DNA from: Tetramitus jugosus
Taxonomy: Eukaryota; Protista; Heterolobosea
Length of the DNA: 64,000 nt
NCBI GenBank assembly: GCA_937625935.1
Contig: OW569360.1
Location: forward strand, 372,001 to 436,000
Direction: 5' to 3'
Below, in pieces: positions 1 through 10,501 of the stretch. The notes beneath the pieces were generated by a model, which was given only the letters and a program-made list of their open reading frames with translations, searched no databases and had not been told where the DNA came from. The translations under genes were made by a program, and so were the position numbers. Position 1 is the stretch's first letter, and every line of letters starts with the position of its first letter.

Positions 1-1
1 A

Positions 2-121
2 TACGTAACATCTCTGAACAAAGAGATAGAAGTTGAAGAACCTCCACTCAACAAGAAATCTTCAAAAAGGACACGAAGAAGAAAGTGTTTCAAGAAGAAG
101 AAGCGCAAAAAACAGAACTGA
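2..121 (+). CDS. 3' end of a gene entering the window (Lys/Arg-rich C-terminus)
   Basis: Frame 2 open from the window edge: YVTSLNKEIEVEEPPLNKKSSKRTRRRKCFKKKKRKKQN, TGA at 119-121. Confidence 0.5.
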   Translation, partial: YVTSLNKEIEVEEPPLNKKSSKRTRRRKCFKKKKRKKQN

Positions 122-279
122 TACTCCGCTGTAAATCCTGACAGCTCTGTCATCACCAAACGGTTCAAAGGAACTTATTCACCGCTTTCATCATTGATGC
201 GACAATGAAAGGAACAACAACCAAACGGTTCAACCAAAACAACACCCCACACAAACAACAAACAACACAACACAAAAAA

Positions 280-585
280 ATGGTATCCGTCAATAGTGTC
301 ACAAGCAACAAATTCTTTTTGCCAATCGCCGCTGCCGCCGCCACAGCTGTACTACTCGGAATTTCTATCCGCATTTGGAGCAAGTGGTCATCCGTAGCAG
401 AGCAAGACAAGAAAAATGATGACTCTTCGGATGATGATGAAGACGGTGGAGAACTCTTGACTTTTGAAGAATTTATTCTGGCTGAGAATGAAAAAACTGA
501 TTCTACAGAGTTGAGCTTCAAGGAATTTATGCAAAAGGAAAAAAAGAGGGAATCTTTGGCGCGAAGATCTCAACGAGTCGATTAA
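280..585 (+). CDS. Small single-pass membrane protein, unknown function
   Basis: ATG at 280 after A-rich leader; hydrophobic FFLPIAAAAATAVLLGISIRIW then acidic tail. Confidence 0.5.
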   Translation: MVSVNSVTSNKFFLPIAAAAATAVLLGISIRIWSKWSSVAEQDKKNDDSSDDDEDGGELLTFEEFILAENEKTDSTELSFKEFMQKEKKRESLARRSQRVD

Positions 586-923
586 CTGTTGATCCTCTCT
601 GGATTGACCTCAGTCTTGTTGTTGAAGCTGAGAATAACAACTTGTTTGTCCAATTGAGTGTTGACAGACTACGTTGTGTGTAGACCACACTGGTAGATGA
701 AAGTCGTGTGTGAATTCACATCATTCGTCACTTGTCTTGTGCGTCATCATGCAGAAGGTACCTTCCACAAAAAGAACAAAACTTTCCACGGGTACCCTCA
801 CACAAAATACATAAAAACAAAAAAGCTTACAAAACTCCTTTGTATTGATTGCACACCACACACACGTGACACCAGAGCAAAAGAAAAATAGGATCATACA
901 TTTCAGTTTATTTTATTGTGATT

Positions 924-1625
924 TTAGAGTCCAAGGATTTGCTTCTTCTTTTGAGCAAATTCCTCCTCTGACAAAATTCCCTTATCGCGCAACTCTGCCA
1001 ACTTGATCAAATCATCCAAATTTCCACTACCAGAAGAAGCTGCTGGCTTTGCTGGTGCAACGACTACAGTTGGTGTAGTCTTTGGTGGTGTAAACACAAC
1101 TGGCTTGCTCACAACAGGTGCTGTTGTTTGTGGTTGTTCTGATGGTGATGATGATGCACTTTGATTTGCAACCATCTTTGAACGATTGACCAAACTCGTG
1201 AACGCATTCATTCGTTGAACATTGGCATGAACATGATTGTCCTGTACGGTAGTCACTTCAATATCAATTGGTTTCTTAGGTGCGTTACTTGCATTTTTTC
1301 CACTGTTTGCTACTGTTACACTCTGATTCATGTGTTGTGCTGCTTTGGCTTGTTGATTGAAACCGGTGATTTGATCGGCCATGAGCACAATTTCACTAAT
1401 GAATGAAAATTTAATGTCACTGTAACCATTCTTGTCAATGTTAATCTTTTCATTGACACCGTCATCGTTCCAGTACACATTGCTCATGCACCACTCGTTG
1501 CACAAGTCTTTTAATGGAATTTTTCCGTCTTTTGTTTTTACAATTTTTCGTTTGAGTTCTTGTGTCTTGTTGAACTTGTTGACTAGAATGACTGGAATGC
1601 CCTCTGGATTATCAATATCTTCCAT
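924..1625 (-). CDS. SHOCT-domain protein
   Basis: C-terminal DDLIKLAELRDKGILSEEEFAQKKKQILGL is a typical SHOCT motif; start taken at MEDIDNPEG. Confidence 0.75.
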   Translation of the reverse strand: MEDIDNPEGIPVILVNKFNKTQELKRKIVKTKDGKIPLKDLCNEWCMSNVYWNDDGVNEKINIDKNGYSDIKFSFISEIVLMADQITGFNQQAKAAQHMNQSVTVANSGKNASNAPKKPIDIEVTTVQDNHVHANVQRMNAFTSLVNRSKMVANQSASSSPSEQPQTTAPVVSKPVVFTPPKTTPTVVVAPAKPAASSGSGNLDDLIKLAELRDKGILSEEEFAQKKKQILGL

Positions 1626-1793
1626 TGTTGTTACTGTTGTTATTGTGTGGTGTTTTTTGATTTTGTGCTCGCTGTAATTTTTACTTGTTCTATTTGACAA
1701 GTGATTCGAGAACAGTTCGAGCTCGGTGACATGTGACAACAGTTGAACTTTCAATCATTCAATTGAACTCTCCTCCAATCGGACCAACAACAA

Positions 1794-2675
1794 ATGCAAA
1801 TTCCAAAAGAAAACAACAAAAACAACATGTCAACGACACCATCGGAACCACAACAAGAGCAACAAATTATCCAGACAGAGATCACTCAAGATCCACTCCA
1901 CTTTGAACAAGAATTCGTCACAAACGTCTACAATCACATTGCTCCTCACTTTTCATCCACAAGGTACAAAGCATGGCCCTACGTGGAGCAATTTTTGTTG
2001 AACAAGGCCCAATTGAGTAAATATTCGTTTGTTGCCGATGTTGGATGTGGAAATGGAAAGTACATGGGAGTCAACAATGATTTGATCATGTTTGGTAGTG
2101 ATATTTCAGAGGGATTGTTGAACATTTGTAGTGAGAGAGGATTTGAGTCACTTGTCGCATCGAATGAGAGATTACCTTATAGAGATGATAGTTTTGATGC
2201 TGTGATTAGTGTTGCGGTGGTACATCATTTCAGTACGGATGAGAGAAGACTGTGGGCCATTCAGGAATTGTATCGCATTTGTAAACCAGGTGGAAAAGTG
2301 TTGATTTATGTGTGGGCGTTTGAACAGATTGATAAAAAGACGGGAAAGCAGAGATTCAACGAACAGGACGTGTTTATCAAATGGCATCTACAAAAGCAAT
2401 TTGATCGGACAAAACAAAAGACTCAAAAATCGTCACAAGTAGAAGCAAATAGTAGTAGTAGCGAGTGTAGTGATAATAAGAATAATGACAATAGTGAAGA
2501 GAGTAGAAACTTTGATTATGACAAGGAGAGAGATGAGAAAGTGTACAAGCGGTATTATCACTTGTTTAAGAAGGGTGAGCTCGAACATTTGGTGCAAAGT
2601 TGTTCAACGCTGGATCATATTGTCGATGTGCACTATGAAGCGGACAACTGGATCGTTGTCGGTCAGAAAAAGTAA
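1794..2675 (+). CDS. TRM9: TRM9/ALKBH8-type tRNA wobble-uridine methyltransferase
   Basis: VYNHIAPHFSSTRYKAWP, DVGCGNGKY, ISVAVVHH, LIYVWAFEQ, RYYHLFKKGEL, DNW motifs; start may be 1827. Confidence 0.9.
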   Translation: MQIPKENNKNNMSTTPSEPQQEQQIIQTEITQDPLHFEQEFVTNVYNHIAPHFSSTRYKAWPYVEQFLLNKAQLSKYSFVADVGCGNGKYMGVNNDLIMFGSDISEGLLNICSERGFESLVASNERLPYRDDSFDAVISVAVVHHFSTDERRLWAIQELYRICKPGGKVLIYVWAFEQIDKKTGKQRFNEQDVFIKWHLQKQFDRTKQKTQKSSQVEANSSSSECSDNKNNDNSEESRNFDYDKERDEKVYKRYYHLFKKGELEHLVQSCSTLDHIVDVHYEADNWIVVGQKK

Positions 2676-2731
2676 ACAAAAATGCATTACACACACATAT
2701 ATGGAGTGGAAAGATCTCCTGTGCTGTTTCT

Positions 2732-3661
2732 TTATTGTTCTGATACTGTCGTCGTTGCTGCTTCCGTCATTGTTGAATCATTGTTGTTTGGTGCAATGAC
2801 AATTGTAAACTCTCCTCGCACCTCTTTTCCCATACTTGATTCAATCTGTTGCCGCACTTGTTGAAGACTGCCTCTCCACACCTTTTCAAACTTCTTGGTG
2901 AGTTCTGAGCAGACACAAACCCAATAATTGGGTCCAAGCACAGATATGCACTCATCAATCGTGTTCAAAATACGAGTGGGCGACTCAAAGAACACAACAC
3001 TGTACCCAGAGAACGCACTATTGGATTTCACAGTCTCAAACAGCTCTATTCTCTTTGATTTCTTCGCAGACAAGAATCCCTCAAAGATAAACTTGCTTGT
3101 CGGAAAACCAGACAATGCCACAGCAGACACAGTGGCACTTGGTCCAGGACAGACAAACACAGGAATATTGTTCTCATAGCAACTATGAATCAATACCATG
3201 CCAGGATCGGACACACAGGGCATTCCTGCATCAGAGCACAATGCAACAATCGAAGAATTCATTCCAATGGCTTCCACAATCTTGTCCAATGTCTTTTGAG
3301 AGTGCCGATAGAGGTGCATTTGATCTCCTTTGCCTTCAGAGTAGCTCATGAGTTGTTTTCGAGCCATTGGAACCTTGTAGTGATTGAGAAGCTTGATTGT
3401 GTGACGAGGATCTTCACATGCAATAATGTCAGAACGATGCAGAATGTCCAATCCTCTCAGAGTCATATCTCTCAAGTTGCCTATAGGTGTTCCAATAATG
3501 TAGAGACCTGGTTCGAGATGTGGAGGAGTCGTTGAGCTCGTTGCTCTTCTAATGATACATGATACTGCTGGTGATGGTGATTTTTGTGTAAAAGCTTTTG
3601 TGTGCGTTGTTGCAATACTCCTCCGTAGAAGCTTGTGGTTGTTCTGTGTGATTTTGTGCAT
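2732..3661 (-). CDS. rsmI: RsmI-like 16S rRNA C1402 2'-O-methyltransferase with probable mitochondrial presequence
   Basis: LYIIGTPIGNLRDMTLR, IACEDPRH, SDAGMPCVSDPG, FFESPTRI, ELTKKFE, RGEFTIVI; Arg/Ser/Thr-rich acid-free N-terminus. Confidence 0.9.
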   Translation of the reverse strand: MHKITQNNHKLLRRSIATTHTKAFTQKSPSPAVSCIIRRATSSTTPPHLEPGLYIIGTPIGNLRDMTLRGLDILHRSDIIACEDPRHTIKLLNHYKVPMARKQLMSYSEGKGDQMHLYRHSQKTLDKIVEAIGMNSSIVALCSDAGMPCVSDPGMVLIHSCYENNIPVFVCPGPSATVSAVALSGFPTSKFIFEGFLSAKKSKRIELFETVKSNSAFSGYSVVFFESPTRILNTIDECISVLGPNYWVCVCSELTKKFEKVWRGSLQQVRQQIESSMGKEVRGEFTIVIAPNNNDSTMTEAATTTVSEQ

Positions 3662-3728
3662 TTTTTCTTTCGCGCTTGCTTTTTGTGGAAATTGTAAAGT
3701 GTCGCGGATTCAAACAAGCGAGAAACAC

Positions 3729-4799
3729 ATGTCAAAGAAAAGCTCCAACGCCACCAGAGGCAAGGCAACTACCACCAAGAGCATTTCGCTAAAACAAGCA
3801 GAGTTATGGTTCGACAAAGCTCAGGACTCCATTCTGGACAGAGTTCGGTCTCTGAACCGAAATGAACCCTTTTCTGACAAACAGAAACAAGAATCGGCCA
3901 ACCAAATGAAGCTCCTGTCCACGAGTTCGGACACCAAGGGTATCAAGTTCTCTGGTCTTCCACTTCAGTATCAATACTTTCAGACCAAGTTTACCAAGAG
4001 AGCCATTCTCATGTACTCTGTCTTGTTGTTGCTGTTCACAAGTCCAAAGCTCGCGCATCTAGGAGCACATTTGAAAAATGTGTTTCAACAAGAACAGCAA
4101 CTGGGAAATGGAGATTACATGTCGCATGATGCACCATTACCAAGTGAAGCTCATGTCCTACCTGATTGCGATGACAATGATGCCGATGCCTATGGAGGTG
4201 ATGATGCGTTTGCTAGTACTAACACAATGACGAGCACTAGGAAACGATTCAATGCATGTAGCATTGGTGGAGGACCTGGTAATGACTCTACAGCGCTTGT
4301 ACTCATTGCGCAACAATATTTTGTGAGTGGAGCGAACGCGAGCTCTCCTGAAGTGTCTTGTGATCTCTATGACCTGGAGAAGACTTGGAAAAATTATTTG
4401 CCAACGTTGAAGGATATTATGTCTCCTCATGTGCATGTTGATTTCAATCAGTGCGATGTGACAAAATCAATGACAAACTATTCGATGAACAAGCACCTGA
4501 GAAGCAACGTCAGCTCTTATGATTTGTTCATGTTTAGCTATGTGTGCAATGAGACATCTGCAATGAGTGAGCAAGCAAATGGAGTGTTTTGGAGAGAGTT
4601 GGCTGTATCAGCCAAGAAGGGAGCCGTGTTTGTGTTCGTAGATGTGATCGGATACAGTCAAAAGGCACTACGGCTCGTTGAAAATCACATGAAGAGCATT
4701 GTTGCACCCCCAAGCAAAGAATCAATGTTCATTTCCTATGACCTAACAAACGAGAAGATTGTAGGAAAAGCCCAGGTGTTGGTCATGCACAAGATTTAG
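3729..4799 (+). CDS. Putative class I SAM-dependent methyltransferase
   Basis: ACSIGGGPGND (motif I-like), CDLYD, QCDVT, YDLFMFSYVCNE, AKKGAVFVFVD; ATG at 3729. Confidence 0.6.
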   Translation: MSKKSSNATRGKATTTKSISLKQAELWFDKAQDSILDRVRSLNRNEPFSDKQKQESANQMKLLSTSSDTKGIKFSGLPLQYQYFQTKFTKRAILMYSVLLLLFTSPKLAHLGAHLKNVFQQEQQLGNGDYMSHDAPLPSEAHVLPDCDDNDADAYGGDDAFASTNTMTSTRKRFNACSIGGGPGNDSTALVLIAQQYFVSGANASSPEVSCDLYDLEKTWKNYLPTLKDIMSPHVHVDFNQCDVTKSMTNYSMNKHLRSNVSSYDLFMFSYVCNETSAMSEQANGVFWRELAVSAKKGAVFVFVDVIGYSQKALRLVENHMKSIVAPPSKESMFISYDLTNEKIVGKAQVLVMHKI

Positions 4800-4909
4800 C
4801 ACTAATAAATTGACTCACCACAGTGTTTGTATTCCACTTTTCTTTCGAATGTGAACCACGAGACAACACTCAAACAAAAAAAAACAACGACAAATAGGCA
4901 AAACCAACC

Positions 4910-6886
4910 ATGAATCATGGATCGACTCCCAGCAGAAGACGAAGGAAATCCAAAACTCCCGAGCGCAACAACAAGGAAACGAATCAGAGATTGCCGACGA
5001 CTCTGAGAAGAAGAAGAAGAGCAAGGAGATTTGTGACTTCTCCCACTAGTCCTCGTAATAGCCAAGAAGAGGAACAGCAACCATTGGCCAAGAAGCAACG
5101 AAAAGAGGAAGACGACACTGTTGTTGATCAACAACAAGATGATGATGATGATGATCAGTTGAATGACACACAGAATAGTGAAAAAGCTGAGGATAATGAC
5201 CCTAATGTCAACAATCTTCTTGATCAATCATCATTATCAGTGTTGAGTCAACACGAGTTATCCTATACGAGTATTGATGATACAATCAATGATGCGGATT
5301 ATGTGGATAGTGACGAAGAGAATGATGATAGTGGTGACGATGATGGCGATACAATGAATACAAGAAGCACTCGGACAATAACAAAGAAGCAAAAGGAGCA
5401 ATCAAGGTACAAAATGCACCAGTGGCGTCAAAAGTTTTTATCAGGTATAGCACCTTTTGACTTTTATATTCGACCTCACGTTTTTGCAACGTCTATTGAG
5501 CGAATGAGTCAAGGATATAGATATGATACGAAAAAGGACATGAAAGGCAATCCGTTGACTGTGCCAAGCATTCAAGATGAATCATTGGACGATTACATTC
5601 AAGGATTTTTGCAGAGAAAGAACAATGTACAGTATGGAATGCATAATCAGTGGTGGTACATGAAGGGTATTGCAGTCAAGTTGAACGATGAATGTATTGT
5701 GTCTTATAATGTGGTGAAACAAGTGGAGAATTTTCTGTTGGAGATGAGTAGGCCGAATTTTGGTGTAGAAGTCAATAAATCGGATCTGGCATTCTTAGAC
5801 TTTGCAGAAATGGAGGAAAAAAGAGAGAGAAGTACCATACCCGATGAACAGAACAAGAGTAACGAGCAGAATGAGAATAAGAAAGACACAACAGATGATT
5901 ATTTGCTTCCTGCCCTCATGACCAATCAGAACATGAAGCTGCGAAAGGTGTCTTTGTATCTTCGTTCTTTGCTCCAGAACTGTTATTGGAGATCGAATTA
6001 TTATGTTGATATTCGATCCATGTGGTATCCGAAATGCTATGATTTCATCCATTCGTTAGGTCGATTCATGACAGATGGAGCTTGTGCAGAACACTTTCTC
6101 GTGTGTTCAGAGCACTTTATATTTGATGCGAGGCACAAGTTGCACACACTTGCTGTTATTAAGACAGATGAGGAAAGTCAGGATGAAAATAATTGGCGAG
6201 TGGATCAGACAGCCTTGTCTCGAATGCTCATTGAATCTAAGGACACAAAGGGCAATATGGCGAACATTGTGTTTATGCTCGTTGACTTAATGGATGACTT
6301 GTTTGTGCGAACACCATTGCACGCTCAAAGATTTGCAAGCACGATTGGCGGGTTGTTCGACATCTTGATGGACTTTTCCAAGATCACAGGACAATACGAG
6401 GATCTATCCTCTGAGGTCGCACTTCGTGTAACTCTCTCCGAATATCCACTGTATGCAGTCTCTACTTGGACTCATTTCTCTAATGTTTTCTTGGATATAA
6501 TGAGTGAGAAACCAGGCTACTTTGTACCTAGTGGAATCATTGAAGGATTACCTGACACTCTAACAATTGAGTCTTTTATAAGTCACTTCAGTGTTGTAGA
6601 CAAGGCTTGCAGTACAACACAACAAAGACAGGCTGTGTTTATATACACTCTCGGTTTCATTACTCTTTTGTCTCGTCAGGGCTGTTCTGCGCTACAAGCG
6701 CATCCAAAGTTTCCCGAGTTTTGGAATGCATGCACTTCTTTTGTTGAGCGAATGAAACAGTGGCCCACAATGAAAGAGCTAACAACCATAATGGGCCAAT
6801 CAATATGGGACTTTTTGAGTCAATTCCCTCCTGACGGAGGAAAGAAGTCTCCTCAAAAGAAAAGGAGCGAGGTGAGGAAACGATGA
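4910..6886 (+). CDS. Hypothetical 658-aa protein, probably nuclear (basic/acidic disordered N-terminus)
   Basis: Long ORF with NLS-like Arg runs; no family recognised. Confidence 0.7.
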   Translation: MNHGSTPSRRRRKSKTPERNNKETNQRLPTTLRRRRRARRFVTSPTSPRNSQEEEQQPLAKKQRKEEDDTVVDQQQDDDDDDQLNDTQNSEKAEDNDPNVNNLLDQSSLSVLSQHELSYTSIDDTINDADYVDSDEENDDSGDDDGDTMNTRSTRTITKKQKEQSRYKMHQWRQKFLSGIAPFDFYIRPHVFATSIERMSQGYRYDTKKDMKGNPLTVPSIQDESLDDYIQGFLQRKNNVQYGMHNQWWYMKGIAVKLNDECIVSYNVVKQVENFLLEMSRPNFGVEVNKSDLAFLDFAEMEEKRERSTIPDEQNKSNEQNENKKDTTDDYLLPALMTNQNMKLRKVSLYLRSLLQNCYWRSNYYVDIRSMWYPKCYDFIHSLGRFMTDGACAEHFLVCSEHFIFDARHKLHTLAVIKTDEESQDENNWRVDQTALSRMLIESKDTKGNMANIVFMLVDLMDDLFVRTPLHAQRFASTIGGLFDILMDFSKITGQYEDLSSEVALRVTLSEYPLYAVSTWTHFSNVFLDIMSEKPGYFVPSGIIEGLPDTLTIESFISHFSVVDKACSTTQQRQAVFIYTLGFITLLSRQGCSALQAHPKFPEFWNACTSFVERMKQWPTMKELTTIMGQSIWDFLSQFPPDGGKKSPQKKRSEVRKR

Positions 6887-7018
6887 TTTATGTTGCCAAC
6901 ATTCTGGCTGAGATCCTGAAGTGGATTCCACTGGATGAAGTTGCTAAAGAAGACACACATAAACTAAAATAACCACAACTGCAGTACCACTTCGTGAACA
7001 TTGCTTACTTAAGGATAG

Positions 7019-7104
7019 AAAAATCTCAATCATCTGGTGGACTATTACTGGATGTGGTGGCGCCACCACATCCAGTAATAGTCCACCAGATGATTGAGAT
7101 TTTT
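7019..7104. repeat. 86-bp perfect spacerless palindrome
   Basis: 7019-7061 is the exact reverse complement of 7062-7104, centred on GGC|GCC. Confidence 0.95.
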
Positions 7105-7237
7105 TAAACATCCTTCTCCCATTCACAGCCATGTAGAAACTCATGCAGGAATGGTATGGTGCTGGATATTCGGGGAGTAACACAACCCACCTTGCCGCTA
7201 AAGGGGCAACCCTAACAAAAAAGACCAAAGAAAAATG

Positions 7238-7310
7238 TGGTCGTTGCAGGGATCGAACCTGCGACCAATGGCTTATTAGACCAACGCTCTACCGACTGAG
7301 CTAAACGACC
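7238..7310 (-). tRNA. tRNA-Ile(AAT)
   Basis: Minus strand GGTCGTTTAGCTCAGTCGGTAGAGCG TTGGT CTAATAA GCCAT TGGTC GCAGGTTCGATCCCTGC AACGACCA; T-run terminator just downstream. Confidence 0.95.
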
Positions 7311-7488
7311 TTCTTGCTACAATTCCCAAATTAGACTATCGCCAGCTAAATTTAACTCGTCGGAAAATTGCCATCTCGTCTTTTGTTGAAGGTTCAACGC
7401 GGTGAGTGAAATGCCATTTGTTCACACAAGAAAACATCTCAAACAAGCCACAGCAACCAGCACCCACCACCCAACAACAACAACCAAT

Positions 7489-10374
7489 ATGGCCAAACCC
7501 ACCACAAACAAAAAGACTGTGATTGGTCCAGCAAAGAAACCCACAACCACCACAACAACAGTCACATCGAAAGCAAAACAATCAACAACTTTACGAAAAA
7601 AACAAGAAGAAGAACAAAATCTCTCTGACGAAGAAGAACAAATCATTACATCGACGTCGAAAAATCAAATTTTTGAAAACAATGAAAGTGATAATGATAG
7701 CAGTGATGATGATGATGATGAAGAAATGAATCAAGATGATGAAGACGCTCTCATGCAACAAATTTTTACAAAATTATCAAATAATAGCAACAATAGTGAT
7801 GATGAAGATGATGAAGAAATTACAAGTGATGAAGAAGAAGATGAATCATCGACACTCTTGAATCATGAAGAAGAAGATGATGAAAAAATGAGTGCAAGTG
7901 ACGATGAAGATGATGATGAAGATGACAATGGAATGATTGAATTGTCCGATTTGATTGAATCGATTGAACCTGGGAAGAATCAAGTCGATGGCAACAAGGT
8001 CTCAAAAAAGGATACTGAAGTGTCTGGTAAGAGATTGGCTTCACTGACTCAAAATTTGAGTCAATTGCAAAAAATTGCACGTGAAAAGAAGAAGGGTGAT
8101 ATTTATTACAGTGTTGATCAAGTGGACCTGGAGTTGGAGGAGAGAAGAAGTGCCTATGACATTTTGGATGAAAAAATGGTCAAGTGGACCAATGTAGTAG
8201 AGCATGTTCAGAACTCTAGAATTGTTCCGTTGCAGTACAAGGAGGGCCGATTGGAGAGAAGAAAGGGTATAGTGACATCGAAGCCAGAATCATCCTCCAA
8301 TGATGATTTCTCAGCCAATATGGAAAAGGTGTTGAATCATAAGAAGCCTTCGAACAATAGCGAGGAAAACAAGGAGATTCCACTGTATGACTTGGACGAG
8401 AATGCTACACCAGGATTCAAAACATTGGCTCAACAGTATGAAAAATTGGATAAGGCAGAATTGGTCAAGAAACATCAAGAAATTGCACAAAAGAGAAAGC
8501 TAATGTCCATTCAAAAGGCAAAGGATGCGCGATTGAAGAAGATTAAGAGTAAGACCTTCCGTAAGATTGCAAACAGAGAGAAGAGGAAGAATGAAGCACC
8601 TGAACAGGAACTCACAGAAGAAGAGTTGATGAAGTTGGATCCTGAAGAAGCACGTGCCAGAATTCTCGAAAAAGAAAAGAAGTACATTCAGGAGAGACTT
8701 ACACTGAGACACAAGAACTCATCCAAATGGGTCAAGAGAGCAATGAAGAACTCGCAACACAATCAATCCCTCAGAGATGCAGTCAATGACCAGTTGAGAA
8801 AGGGAACTGAGTTGCTAAAGAAGCAAACTACTGTCGATTACAATAGTGATGATGAGGATGTTTTGGTGGAACAAATGTTGTCTGAGGATGGAAGCTCAGG
8901 TGCATTGAGACAATTGAGAGATGAAGTAACAAATGCTCCCGAGATGGAAAAGGGTCTCTTTGCCATGAAATTCATGAAACGTGCAAGAGAAAAGAGACAA
9001 CAAGAACACTTGCAATTGATTAACGAAATTGAGAGAGATGTTCATCGTGCAAAGCAATTCATGGGTGTCAAAGTCGATGACGATAGCGAAATGAATGATG
9101 AAGATGAGAACATGGCTTTGTTGAATGATTCTCGCGAACCAGAAGGCAGAAGAAAGTTTACTGGTCAACCAAAGAATTCTCATGTCGAAGAAGAAGAGAC
9201 TGAACCAAAGGAACAGATTCAATTCTCCTCCGCACTCCAAGTGCAAAAGTCACACAAGGTCATCTCATCCGAGCCACAAGTGCTCAAAGATAACAGTGCA
9301 CCTGCAAGCCTCAAAGTAGAGTCATCTTCCAAATCAGAGAGCGCTGTGTCGGTGAACAGTACTCCAATTCCAAAGGATGCTCAATTTGCATCTTCGTCGT
9401 CCAACACTGAAACCAAGAAGAGAACTGTTGTCGTAACATCTGTGTCACAAAAGAAGAGAAGGAGAGCTCCGGTTGCTGTTGATAACGCTGCTAATCCATG
9501 GTTGAATGTTGAGAAGGAGAAGGAGAGTAGACAAACAAAGAAACAAAAGACTGATCGCGAAGCCAAAGAATCCAAGGTTAAGATCAAGACGGATGAGAAA
9601 TCTCTTGGTCTCGGCACAAAGGACAAGAAGTCAAAGAAGGAAAAGTCCAAATCTGCAGAAGAGGTCAACTTTGAGAAGAGTGTCAAGTTGCAAGCCTTTG
9701 CTGGTGATGACTTGAGACTTGAATTCGATGAGGAGAAACAAAAGACCTTGCAAGACGAAATCAACATGCCAAACTTGGCTGGTACCATACTGCCTGGTTG
9801 GGACAGCTGGGTTGGCGGTGACATTGACTGGCAAGACCAAGTGGCAGAAAATCAACGAAGAGCTGATGAAGCCAAGAAGAAGATTATGGACCTCAAACAA
9901 AAAGAGAGAGCGGACAACAAGCTCGGTCATGTTATCATTCGAGCCAGTGCCAAGGTGCCAGACAAGTACATCAACAAATCTCTTCCACCAAGTGAAATCC
10001 CTGCCAAGATTCACGATAATCTCAGAGCTCATCCTCTCGGTTCTGAATGGAACAGTTTGACCAGCTTTGTTGATAGCGTGAAGCCTAGAGTTCCACTCCG
10101 GAGAGGTACCATTATTGCTCCACTCGACTACAATACTGCCAAGGCATCCATGAAGTGGAGACAGGTGCAAGAAGACCAAAAACTCAACGGTGGTAGAACT
10201 GCTGATTTGGCAGCCAAGGTCGACGACAAGTTGGAGAATGGAGACAATATTCAAAAATCAAGCTTTGCTCAGCGAAAAGAAGAAAGAATCGCTTTCAGAG
10301 AGAAGGTTGATCAAGAGAAGCAAAAAGACATCAAACATAGCTTTGAAAGAAAGATGAAGTACGAAGAAATGTAA
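7489..10374 (+). CDS. UTP14: U3 snoRNA-associated protein 14
   Basis: KKIKSKTFRKI, ERLTLRHKNSSKWVK, GLFAMKFM, QAFAGDD, LPGWDSW, RADNKLGHVII, PLGSEWN. Confidence 0.92.
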   Translation: MAKPTTNKKTVIGPAKKPTTTTTTVTSKAKQSTTLRKKQEEEQNLSDEEEQIITSTSKNQIFENNESDNDSSDDDDDEEMNQDDEDALMQQIFTKLSNNSNNSDDEDDEEITSDEEEDESSTLLNHEEEDDEKMSASDDEDDDEDDNGMIELSDLIESIEPGKNQVDGNKVSKKDTEVSGKRLASLTQNLSQLQKIAREKKKGDIYYSVDQVDLELEERRSAYDILDEKMVKWTNVVEHVQNSRIVPLQYKEGRLERRKGIVTSKPESSSNDDFSANMEKVLNHKKPSNNSEENKEIPLYDLDENATPGFKTLAQQYEKLDKAELVKKHQEIAQKRKLMSIQKAKDARLKKIKSKTFRKIANREKRKNEAPEQELTEEELMKLDPEEARARILEKEKKYIQERLTLRHKNSSKWVKRAMKNSQHNQSLRDAVNDQLRKGTELLKKQTTVDYNSDDEDVLVEQMLSEDGSSGALRQLRDEVTNAPEMEKGLFAMKFMKRAREKRQQEHLQLINEIERDVHRAKQFMGVKVDDDSEMNDEDENMALLNDSREPEGRRKFTGQPKNSHVEEEETEPKEQIQFSSALQVQKSHKVISSEPQVLKDNSAPASLKVESSSKSESAVSVNSTPIPKDAQFASSSSNTETKKRTVVVTSVSQKKRRRAPVAVDNAANPWLNVEKEKESRQTKKQKTDREAKESKVKIKTDEKSLGLGTKDKKSKKEKSKSAEEVNFEKSVKLQAFAGDDLRLEFDEEKQKTLQDEINMPNLAGTILPGWDSWVGGDIDWQDQVAENQRRADEAKKKIMDLKQKERADNKLGHVIIRASAKVPDKYINKSLPPSEIPAKIHDNLRAHPLGSEWNSLTSFVDSVKPRVPLRRGTIIAPLDYNTAKASMKWRQVQEDQKLNGGRTADLAAKVDDKLENGDNIQKSSFAQRKEERIAFREKVDQEKQKDIKHSFERKMKYEEM

Positions 10375-10501
10375 CATTGGACAACAACAAAAACAACCAA
10401 AACGATCCAAATACAATGCTCTCATCCTCTTTTTTTGTCGTTGTTTTATTTTCATGAAGGTTCAATCGCAAAAACGTGGGAAAAAACACAACACAACACA
10501 A

